Shown here: positions 54,001-64,000 of the stretch, piece after piece
Position numbering within the stretch: position 1 is the first letter of the stretch
Layout of the letters: the number at the start of each line of letters is the position of its first letter
Assembly: GCF_964355755.1 (NCBI RefSeq)
Contig: NC_092671.1
Coordinates: forward strand, 33,056,304 to 33,120,303
Direction of reading: 5' to 3'
DNA from: Antedon mediterranea
Taxonomy: Eukaryota; Animalia; Echinodermata
Length of the DNA: 64,000 nucleotides
The notes under the pieces: generated by a model
Database searches by the model: none
Seen by the model: the letters and a program-made list of their open reading frames with translations, nothing else
What the model was told of the DNA's origin: nothing
Made by a program: the position numbers and the translations under genes

Positions 54001-57000
54001 TAAATGTATCCATAGGCAAGATGCTTTACTCTTATTGCCTCGTCCTTAAGATGAGATGTAAAGCTGTTGGTCCCATGTACATATAGTGCACGTTAAAGAA
54101 CTTGGTACATTATTTGAAAAGAGTAGGGGATTGTCTCCTGGTGTGCAGATCTGGTACACGCTGCACTGCTGGCTGCTGTTGGTCTGTGGAGGGCCTAATT
54201 CAAATTTCCTCAGTTTCTAATTAAGCTTAAAGACCAAGAATAATAGATTTAACATTTAACTTCTCTACGTTCAAAGAGTGAAATGTGAAATATGGCTCTA
54301 CAGATCAGATACGTCAATTTCCATAATATCTACACTGTATCAGTGGCGTAACACACAGGGCAAAGGTCCCTGGTTTAGCACTCCAAAGGGGCCCTCCAAC
54401 ACTAGGTAGTTGCATTTGACTTGCTCTGGGGCCCCTTGAGTCTGTGAGTGCTCATAGCCGTTAGGCCATTTCACTGCATCTGCATAGTCACTGATCAGGG
54501 TCCACGAAAAACGCTTCTAAATGTTCCTGTCACTGGTCCGCTAACTATTAATTAATGTACACAACGCATAGACCAATCATCATTTTACATTAAAGCCTAA
54601 TGGCTAGCAGTTACGGGCTGTCTCACACAAATGGCTAAAGTTGAATCTTATTCATCTTTCCCAATTCAATGTGCTTCTGTAATTCTAAACTACAGTAAAA
54701 GCATATTAATTGTTGATTGTAAAATGCATTGGTGTAACACAGGGTTTAGCACTCCTAAAGGGCCCTCCAACGCTGGGTGGTTACATTGGGGCTGCTCATG
54801 CTCTGGGGTCTCTTAAACTCTGGGGCCCTTGGGTTTAGCCAGTGAGCATGCTTAGCTGTTACCCCACTGATGGTAAGATGTTCAATGAATAAATATTTCA
54901 TTTTAGTTAAGCTTTATATAAAACATGATAAAAAATGAAAATTATTTGTTTTATTACTTTTTAGCATGGTGTCAGATTTCTTTTATCCCAATACTGGAGG
55001 AGTTGAGAGTCATATATACCAGCTTTCACAGTGCCTTATACAGCGAGGTCATAAAGTAAGTTATATCTCTTAAGCTAGCCAATCAAATAAAATATTTTAC
55101 TGCCATTTGCACAGAATTGTTTTAATTTCTTTATAGACTATTAGTAGGATTGATAGACTTTCGTTTAGTTCTTGTTTCTACCAAAAATTTCAAAAGAAGT
55201 ATTTTCTGCGAAATCGATTTTTGTAAAAATGGTTGTGTTGTATATAAAATTGCTCTATAGAAAATGTTTTTAAAACTGGTGACGATCGAGAGCCGAAACA
55301 ATTAGGTTTTGCAAAACCATATTTAAAAATTGGTTCTTTTTATGTGGAACCATTTCTGCTGGCTAGAAAATACCATATGAAATTTATATCCGTATTACCT
55401 TGTTTAGGCCTTTAAATACTATTTTGAGTTCCTGAACCAAAGATCTTGAGCTTGGAGTCCGAGCATTTTGCACCATGCCAAACTACCATTAATTTCAGTA
55501 GATCAATACCATGAATTATTTTGATTTATTTTCTTGTCCATTTTTCAACAGTTGTAATAAACATAATTTAATGTTTTTGTGAATTTGAGTTAAAGTATGC
55601 CTATTAATAGCCTGGTGTTTTCGTGGATAAAGTTGTCTATTTCACTAATAGAAATCGGAACCAGAAAATGGCTGGTCAAGTTCTTTAAACGTAGTTGGCA
55701 TTCATTAATGTACATAACAATATTCTCGCGCATTAATTTTCCCCCTTAAATTTATAAGTTTGTATTTCAAGGACCATCCTAATTCAATTAGGATACAAGT
55801 ACAAATGTCATTGCTTGAATATTGTTATTGGAACTGACCATCAAATAATGGAAGTTCATAATCAGATAATTAATTTTTCCTTTTTTACAGGTCATAGTGT
55901 TAACGCATGCTTACAGTCAGCGCAATGGCATTCGACATCTTACAAATGGTCTCAAGGTATTCACCTCTTTCCCAATACAAACCAGATGATTATAGCAAAC
56001 AAACATATTTATTATATTACTAACATGTTTTTGATTAATTGTATTGATTTGCATTGCTGTGTTGTCATGTCATGAGCATAACATGTATTATTACAGGGAT
56101 ATTTACAGGGATTTTAAAAAAATCACTTAACATTAGACAACGGAAATTGAAATGCACTAATATTACTACAGTGCACATACTGTATATTGCATTTTATTAT
56201 TTTTTGAAATTGTGCATACAAGAATTTTTGTTTTAAATCAAATATGGCCTATTCAAATATGCTAAATTTTCTAAATGTACACAGAATTATTGCAAAATAT
56301 AATGAATAATGGTGTAGAAAAAGTTTACAATGCTACAGTAATGTCTTCTTTATCATATCAGTGAAATAGATATTTAGAAATTGAGATATACATCTCATAT
56401 AGTGCAAAGTATGTTTATCATTTTTTTCTAAGATAAATAACATACTGTATTTCATCACTTTCCACTTAAATTCGAATAAAATATAAAGCTTATGCAAATG
56501 TAATTCCATATGATTTTAGGGTCATGGACAAGTGAGTGTCAACATCAAGATTGTTCCATTCAACACAGTCTTAAAGAATAAATAATACAGTACATCACTC
56601 ATTAGGTTTGGACATATACTGTATAACAAACTAGCAATGATAGCTTTTCCGGGATAGGCCGCCCACAACATGTTCCTATACCACCAATCAACTACCCTCC
56701 CAATCCCTACAACCTTCCCACCCTACAAGCTATCTTGACGATTATGAATTTTAGATGACACTACATTTCTAGAATGTTCTGCGGTATTTCATTATTTAAA
56801 TTTATAATATTTATCTTATTAACATATTTTAACTCTTTACTAATATCTAAAATTGTTTACAATTAAATTTATTTTATTTACGATTTCTTTATGGACTCAA
56901 GGAACTTCCGTTTCCATAAATAATATGAATATTAATCATATTTGCCCTAATTTTCTGAATATTCTTTTACAAATTCAAGGTTTTATTTAAATTAGATTAA

Positions 57001-60000
57001 TTGTAATTATCATTGTATTTAGTTGTGCCATTTTTCATTTTTCCTTGATAAAATACAGAATAATATTATTATATAATATATATTATTGTGTCTAAATAAT
57101 TACTGATATAATCAACTTGCTTTTTTTAGGTATACTATCTTCCTATTGGTCCATTCTACAACCAGTGCGTTCTGCCAACGCTCTTCACCAGTCTTCCGAT
57201 TGTCCGCAACATACTGATAAGAGAGCAGATCAGCATTGTACACGGACACTCTGTAAGAAACATAAGTATTTTTGTCAACTCTCCTAAAACCAAACACTTT
57301 TGGGCTGGCCCAAAATATATGAGTTTTCCCAAAATTCTGGTAGAGTCTGGTATTGGGAACGTACTGTTTAATAAAACCATTAATACAAAATCACAGAAAA
57401 TGTCACTATCTAATAATTGTACACAGAAAGCATGTTCAAAACAATTTACCCTATAGATTTAAAAGCTATAGCTTATACCTTTACCATTGTGACCAATAAG
57501 ATTGTAGTAATGTCATTCTCTGTCATTTAACAATAAACGCATCATCAGTAGTACAATTTATTATCAAACTTTTTAATGATGTGGTGGATGTCTGTTTATA
57601 GGAACAAAATGCGTAAAAATAATGGAAATGGAATAAAAACAGCGTGGTACCTATTTCTCAGAACATTATTTTTTTTTTTTTTTTTTTTTTTTCAGTTATT
57701 TTTAATTAGTAGTACAGTAGTAATCATTTTGACCCAAAGACCTTGATCTTAGCAATAGTGGATAATATATGTAATATTATAATACCCTGATACTTAATTT
57801 AATTGTATTTGCTGTTTTTAGATTTAGATTTATTTATCTAATAGATAATAACAGACATCAGTAAATAGCACATGACTAAAGTTTAGCAAACATCATAGAT
57901 CAATAGATTACATCCTAAACAGAGCGTGTATGTCTCATAAGATGAATGTGATTATTATAACATATTCCTGATCTAGCCTACCACTTCTGGCTGTCATATC
58001 GTTTCTTATCACTGCCTGCCACCCATCTAGCCACAGTCCTTCACTTCCTTTCCTGGCCTAGCTCTGCGGGTTTTCAACTTCCCAGGTCATGAGAAAAAGA
58101 TGTTTTGATACGAATGCTACATTTAAGCTCTTTATCACGGGACAAAAACTATGCAAACTCAATTTTGTTTGCATTTGATTGTACAGTTAAAATGATTGGA
58201 TTTGACAATTAGTATTAAAATGGCATGCTTTTGAAGGACCTGATAGATAAGATGTACTTTATCGTGACATTTACTTTAACTTTTAAGGAGTTTCTTTTTA
58301 TTAAATTAATAAATGTATGTTTACTGTTAATGGTTAAAAGCAATAAGAAACGGGGCCCCCTGAATATTATTGTATAAATATTGAATGTTTATGATTGGAA
58401 TGGATAGAGTAAGTTGATGGACTGGTATATTTAACGAACTGGAGCTGAATTAAAAGTAAATATACTAGTACATCACCAAGAACAATCAATTACTTAAAAA
58501 CAAAACATTCATATAGTCCCCAACATTTTCAGAATGATGTACAATGTACCACCAATTGTGAGTGCATGGCACATAATATATAATCAGCCAATCAGATGGC
58601 AAGGCATATACTATAGTATATAATTTCTAAGATATAATTTCAGGGAGTCAAATGGTTAAGGCAGGGGCGCAGTTTACTGTACCTAAAGAGCCAACAATAC
58701 AACAATATCGACAAGGGTTCGAAGCCAACGCGCTCCTAGTTCTGGTGGTGGAATAAGTCTTCTCGGATAAGGACTATAAACCATAGGTCCAATGTACAGA
58801 GTTATAACCTGTCTGCACTTTAAAGAACCCAGTTGATCATTCCAGGCGATTAGAAGGTTACTCCAGTAAAGTAGTTCACAAAATATCCCCTGTATTACTG
58901 ATTAATTTACTATTGGTAATCCTTGGCCACATTGCCTAAAGACATAATATAAAAAAATAAAAAATAAAATGGTTATACATTACCAGGAACGATCGTTATT
59001 ATATATTATATATTGTTTTTATTCAATATTTTTTTTTAATGGTGTATTCATCATATTATCTTTTCATCTCATATCATCTTTACATGTAATTTTAGAACAT
59101 TGTGAACATTGTAAAAATAACCCATTGCTAGTTTGATTACGATTTGAGTTAATTAATTTCAATGATGACCTTTACTTTGTGATTTCTAAAATCTGTGTAA
59201 GATCATTATGAAAATAATAATAATCTGTGTGTAACCTTCAGTGTCCTAAATTTTCTTATTACTTCAACATGCATACAGAAACCTCAGGTCCTGTTTCTGC
59301 TTAGAAAAAATAACTCGTTATTAAATGAAATAAGCCCAATTAGTCTAGGACAAAAATCTGAAAAGATGCTTAGAAATCAAGTTAGGGGGAGCGGAATGTT
59401 AGAGGCTGTCAACATAGCCAGATATCCTAATTAAACCCTTCTGATCACTCTAATCCCTGTTGACACTTAATTTTTTGCCTCGTATTGAAATGGCGGCCAT
59501 TTTTCTATAAAATGTGGATATAATCAGATCTAAATAAGGTAGATACACAATCTTGGTGTCTAAACACATGTACTTCAGACACGGAATCCATTAGGCCTTG
59601 TTGACACTTCAGTTTTTGCCTTCTATTAAAATGGCAGCCATTTTTCAAAATGGCCGCCATTTTTATATAAAATGTGGATAAAATCAGATCTAAATAAGGT
59701 AGATACACAATCTTGGTGTCTAAACATATGTACTTAAGACACGGAATCCATTAGGCCTTGTTGACACTTCAGTTTTTGCCTTCTATTAAAATGGCAGCCA
59801 TTTTTCAAAATGGCCACCATTTTTATATAAAATATGGATAAAATCAGATCTAAATAAGGTAGATACACAATCTTGGTGTCTAAACACATGTACTTCAGAC
59901 ACGGAATTCATTAGGCCTTGTTGACACTTCAGATTTTGCCTCGTATTTTTCAAAATGGCCGCTAATTTTATAGAAATTTGCATAAAATCGGATCTAAATA

Positions 60001-63000
60001 AGGTATATGCACGATCTTGGTGTCTAAACACATGTTTTTTTCAGGCATTTTGAAAAATGGCTGCCATTTTAATACGAGGCAAAAACTGAAGTGTCAACAA
60101 GGCCTAATGGATTCCGTGTCTGAAGTACATGTGTTTAGACACCAAGATTGTGTATCTACCTTATTTAGATCTGATTTTATCCACATTTTATATAAAAATG
60201 GCGGCCATTTTGAAAAATGGCTGCCATTTTAATACAAGGCAAAAACTGAAGTGTCAACAAGGCCTAATGGATTCCGTGTCTGAAGTACATGTGTTTAGAC
60301 ACCAAGATTGTGTATCTACCTTATTTAGATCTGATTTTATCCACATTTTTTACAAAAATGGCAGCCATTTTTCAAAATGGCCGCCATTTCAAGACGAGGC
60401 AAAAAATTAAGTGTCAACAGGGCTTAGAGTGATCAGAAGGCTTTAATTAGGATATCTGGCTATGTTGACAGCCTCTAACATTCCACTCCCCCTAACTCAT
60501 TTTTTTCACATTTTTTGCCTAGACTAAATTTCTTGGCAGCAGAAACAGGACAAATTTTCAGTAACCAATGGCAACCTTAAAATAATGGTTAAATTGATTG
60601 CCATTAAACGGTTTGTGGTGAATATAGCTGCAACATAAAATAACGGTTATTTGATTTACTGCCGTTGACCTTCAGTTAACTAAACTGCATTGACGTTTGA
60701 ATTTACTGCCAGAGCCCATTGCATTTTGGGTAATGCTGACGATTTCTATCCGAACCCCCACTGACTAAAACAGTTATTAAGAGCACAATTTAGCAGAAAT
60801 CTATTTTGCATTGCTGTGATAGCTTCTGAAAATGCCCTAAATATTTTGAATAGCTGTTTGAAGAACATTTATTATTTGGATTAAAAGTGATAATTTTCTC
60901 GTTCACCTGAATGTTGTTGCTTGTTTCTGTTTGAAGGCATTTTCAGCTCTAGCGCATGAGGCAATGATACACGCAAAAACGATGGGCCTGAAGACAATGT
61001 TCACAGATCATTCTTTATTTGGATTTGCTGATCTAAGTTCCATCATCACTAATCATATTCTTCAAATCTCATTGGCTGATGCACATCATGTGATTTGTGT
61101 TTCTCATACCAGGTACAGTAAAACCCTACCATAGGACATGCCTGATCAGGGGACACCCCTCTTAAAGGGGAACATTTTTTAGACAAGGGTCAATGTATTT
61201 TTTCAAACTATAGTCAACTGTTATTGAACATTTAAAAAGAATTATGTGTGACATTATATGCGAGTTACAAAATGCTGAGGGTGTTATTGTTATCTTTGAC
61301 TGCTTAACTCTCCTAAAAATTGCAGTAATCTCCACCCACCCATGAAAGAAGGATAAAGCTGGCTATAGGTAACTTTATATCCAGTCTTATTAAACTTATA
61401 ACCACAGCAATGACCATATTATGCCAAACTTATTTGACATAGATATGTATTAATTTAACATATTGTTTTGTTTTATTTTCAGTCGTGAAAATACAGTATT
61501 ACGTGCGTCTTTAAATCCAAGTGGTGTTTCTGTGATTCCAAACGCAGTGGACTCGTCAATGTTTACACCAGATCCATCAAAGAGAAATCCAAGAAGAAGT
61601 AATACCTCTTGTTATACATTATATTACATCTTTTTGTAATCCATGCCCTAACAACATCGAATATCTTTGCCCCTTCATTTTGACACGGACAGACCATCAA
61701 TGTTTTCTTTTCTAAATTTAAATATAAATGCTTATTTGTCCCCCAAAACATGGAAAATAAAGATGAATAGATTTTGAATAGGCCATTTTGTAGTTTTAAT
61801 TAAGTTCACTATTGCAACAACAACAAAAAATATTTAAAAAAATGATTTCCACAAAATAAAAAATTACAGTAATCATTAATAATCAATTCATTTTCAGGTA
61901 CGGTAATATTTTTTTTTAAATATTTTTTTGTCTAAGTGAATAACTATTAGAAATGTTAACTGTGTTCCAACACCTATGTCTATGACCCTACAATCTGTCT
62001 TTAAGTAATGTTGAATTTAAATTAAAGGGGCACTGTGATTGGTCCATAGGGTGTCTTTTTATTATTAACAGAGGTTCTTTTGATGCGTTTCAACTTCCAA
62101 TTATACAAGTTTGTGTTGGATTTTCACTTTATTAGTAACAGTTTTATTTTGATGTTTCTACACTTTTTACAATTTTCCCATGTGTGGATTTTGATGGATT
62201 TGCAGTGTTTGTATCATCCCCCTTAATTTAAGTCTGTATAATTTGATTATCATAACACTTCAAAATTGTTTGGATTGTATTCCTTCTGGAATTTAATTGC
62301 GTGATAAAGTGGTTTTTTTTTTCAAATATATAATGGAAAGTAAGTTGGCTAAGTTATTTTAATAATATTGGTTAATCTAATCCAGATTTTCAATGAGTAT
62401 ATATGAACAGAAATGTTCTAACCAACATGAAATGTTTGCACATTTACTGCATTAAAAAATATAGTAGTTTTTACTAAAGAAACTAAAAGTAATAACGCTA
62501 TCTATGATTGAGGTAGTTTATCTTTTACAAAGAGGTAAACTAATTATCTAGAGTCTGAACTCCAATGTAATTATAGCTAAAAAAAAGTATTCCTCACCAC
62601 CGCAAAGGGACCGTAGAATATGACCGGAAGAACTCCCTGATATGATTGCAATTATCAGCCAATCATATACATAGTTTAAAGGCAAGGACTCTCCACAGTT
62701 GTGCAACACTACACCTACATTACGCATGTTGAACGTTTTAAGCACAAAATATGTATTCTTATGTGATCTATGTTTATGAAAATTTAAACCATTTACCAAG
62801 AAATTATTTTATTGGGAGAATTTTTCAATTCATGTTATTTTATTTTCATAATATTTTAGGTAATTATTTCATATATAATTTATGGATACAGGCCATTTTA
62901 GAAATCCCTGTCCTATTGCCATTGCTTCGCTGTTGCCTAGTTTAGCCTCTAGTTAATTATTTAACCTTAGTGATCTTTTATTTACACATTTTATTAGACG

Positions 63001-63449
63001 TTTATGTGTTATAATTGCTATTTTGTATAATGTTTTTCAGTTACAATAGTTGTGATCAGTCGCCTTGTGTATAGGAAAGGGATGGACCTATTGGCAGGTT
63101 TAATGCCTATTATTTGTCAACGACACCCTGATGTTGATTTCCTAATAGGTATGTGATTATATTTTCATTTTCATAAACATTCAGATGAAAATAGAAGCAG
63201 CGGATTAATTTAACAAAAGATTACATTAGAAAGATAGGCGTGTTATAAAACAAATAATGAATGTTTTATATGTGTTTAATGTTTTCATTCGTTGAAAGTT
63301 GGTTCTATATATCCAGACTTCCACCATTTTTAATTTTTGTAGGTGGTGGTGGTCCAAAGGGTCTGGACTTAGAAGAGGTCAGAGAAGAGCATCAACTGCA
63401 TGACAGAATCACATTACTTGGACCAGTCGACCATGATAATGTAAAAAAT
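49302..63449 (+). CDS. PIGA: Phosphatidylinositol N-acetylglucosaminyltransferase subunit A (GPI biosynthesis), join(49302-49336,54965-55055,55891-55956,57130-57252,60937-61112,61483-61598,63041-63148,63343-63449); continues beyond the window
   Basis: The spliced product [34 protein letters not shown]...[13 protein letters not shown]...[11 protein letters not shown]...[12 protein letters not shown]...GGGGPK matches PIG-A/GPI3; all junctions are GT-AG and in phase. Confidence 0.97.
49512..50415. mobile_element. Non-autonomous Sola (Sola2-like) DNA transposon
   Basis: TIR GAGGC(A/C)TGGCATCACAAAA; GAG...CTC termini; 4-bp TSD ATTT at 49508-49511 and 50416-50419. Confidence 0.8.
50912..51163 (-). 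mobile_element. tRNA-derived SINE with a Nin/Deu-type conserved domain
   Basis: Minus strand GTCTTCTCAGATAAGGACTATAAACCGTAGGTCCA; decayed tRNA head; A-rich tail; homologous to 58641-58970. Confidence 0.65.
51345..51572. repeat. 15-bp minisatellite (GCGCCAAAGT(G/C)CAGTA), about 14-15 copies
   Basis: Near-perfect tandem array; an inverted single unit lies at about 51240-51257. Confidence 0.92.
53915..54260 (+). mobile_element. tRNA-derived SINE with a Nin/Deu-type domain (second family)
   Basis: GGTTCGA B-box at about 53977, GGCAAGATGCTTTAC, GATGAGATGTAAAGC...GGTCCC, GCACGTTAAAGAAC...GAAAAGAGTAGGGG. Confidence 0.6.
54341..54869. mobile_element. Two adjacent hAT-like MITE copies (54341-54493, about 54728-54869)
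   Basis: CAGTGGCGTAACAC...CACTG termini; shared GGTTTAGCACTCC..GGGCCCTCCAAC interior. Confidence 0.55.
54965..55055 (+). CDS. PIGA: PIGA coding exon 2 ([31 protein letters not shown])
   Basis: ttag|C ... AAA|gtaag; conserved PIG-A motif. Confidence 0.97.
55891..55956 (+). CDS. PIGA: PIGA coding exon 3 ([22 protein letters not shown])
   Basis: ttacag|GTC ... AAG|gtatt; 66 bp. Confidence 0.95.
57130..57252 (+). CDS. PIGA: PIGA coding exon 4 ([41 protein letters not shown])
   Basis: ttttag|GTA ... TCT|gtaag; 123 bp. Confidence 0.95.
57272..57367. mobile_element. Degenerate Tc1/pogo MITE copy
   Basis: GTCAACTCTCC...TTTGGGCTGGCC...GTCTGGTATTGGGAA, homologous to 45704-45872. Confidence 0.6.
58641..58970 (+). 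mobile_element. tRNA-derived SINE with a Nin/Deu-type domain
   Basis: TGGTTAAGGC A-box-like, GGTTCGAAGCC B-box, GTCTTCTCGGATAAGGACTATAAACCATAGGTCC, GCACTTTAAAGAACCC, A-rich tail. Confidence 0.7.
59341..60526. mobile_element. Non-autonomous Academ-like fold-back element with 160-bp internal tandem units
   Basis: TAGTCTAGG...CCTAGACTA termini; AAT TSD at 59338-59340 and 60527-60529; arms inverted about 60040; units recur at 59527/59687/59847 and 60061/60221. Confidence 0.85.
60937..61112 (+). CDS. PIGA: PIGA coding exon 5 ([32 protein letters not shown]...VICVSHT-S)
   Basis: gtttgaag|GCA ... CAG|gtaca; corresponds to ORF 60931..61134. Confidence 0.95.
61483..61598 (+). CDS. PIGA: PIGA coding exon 6 ([38 protein letters not shown])
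   Basis: ttttcag|T ... GAA|gtaat; phase 2 to 1. Confidence 0.95.
63041..63148 (+). CDS. PIGA: PIGA coding exon 7 ([37 protein letters not shown])
   Basis: ttttcag|TT ... TAG|gtatg; phase 1-1. Confidence 0.96.
63343..63449 (+). CDS. PIGA: PIGA coding exon 8 ([36 protein letters not shown])
   Basis: tttgtag|GT ... AAT|gtaag; phase 1 to 0. Confidence 0.95.
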
Positions 63450-63756
63450 GTAAGACTATTTTAATTTAACTTTTGTATTTCAAAGTTGCATATTCACCTC
63501 TGAGTAATGAATGATTACTATTGCAGCTAGAGAAATACTTTTTGAACATGTTTATCCATGAAAAAAATACGTTGTTCATTTCTTATTACATGGGGATAAA
63601 TTGAGCTTGTGTTTAAATATTTATAAATTCCTCTGGGATTTTTCCATGTCAGTTTTAGTTGTTTACCACATGCCAAGTAGAGTGAGTGATAAAGGGCAAA
63701 ACCAAAAATGTGTTTCAGAATGTACTTTTTTTTTTCGTTGTCAAATCGAGCCTTAA

Positions 63757-63847
63757 AGCTCTGTTATCACTACCACATTTGGGCTTATCACTACTGTATA
63801 TGGGCACATCACACTTGTCAAACTTGTGTAATAGTGTGGACAGAGCT
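63757..63847. mobile_element. PIF/Harbinger-like MITE (internally deleted copy)
   Basis: AGCTCTG...CAGAGCT termini with TAA TSD; interior shared with 18814-18936. Confidence 0.65.
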
Positions 63848-64000
63848 TAATGACAATAAAAGCTGGCTATAATTGAAATAACAGTAGGCCAACTTTATTA
63901 GTAGTTATTTTTGTTTTAATTGTTTTGTTTCGTCACTCACATTCTATTAATTATTGGCTGCTTTTTGTGTTAGGTTTTACTTTACATATATTTCTTAATT

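Noticed and set aside
59505-60410. Four similar ORFs on both strands
   Set aside because: Products of the 160-bp units of the fold-back element

Overview
AT-rich metazoan genomic DNA; the SINE and DNA-transposon content and TAGGCCTA-rich promoter suggest a marine invertebrate, probably an echinoderm (inference). Two intron-rich genes sit head-to-head around a GC/CpG-richer region at about 48.3-49.3 kb. On the minus strand is an Ikaros-family (IKZF) zinc-finger gene, with coding exons 22452-22705, 11591-12046 and 10492-10601, candidate upstream exons at 43515-43628 and about 48311, and its C-terminal fingers outside the window. On the plus strand is PIGA, with eight coding exons from 49302 to 63449, continuing past the window end. 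The introns hold a 7.7 kb Sola2-like element with a decayed Academ transposon nested inside it, a 1.19 kb Academ fold-back, Sola2, Kolobok, Tc1/pogo, Harbinger, hAT and HINE-like MITEs, Nin/Deu-type SINEs, a tRNA-Val(AAC) gene with a degenerate duplicate, and several minisatellites. The most unusual signal is a strong excess of TA-CAG-TA/TA-CTG-TA across the window and of TA-GGC(C)-TA at the promoter. These look like accumulated transposon excision footprints, and two local duplications show the exact 5-nt insertion. No prokaryotic-type system is present.
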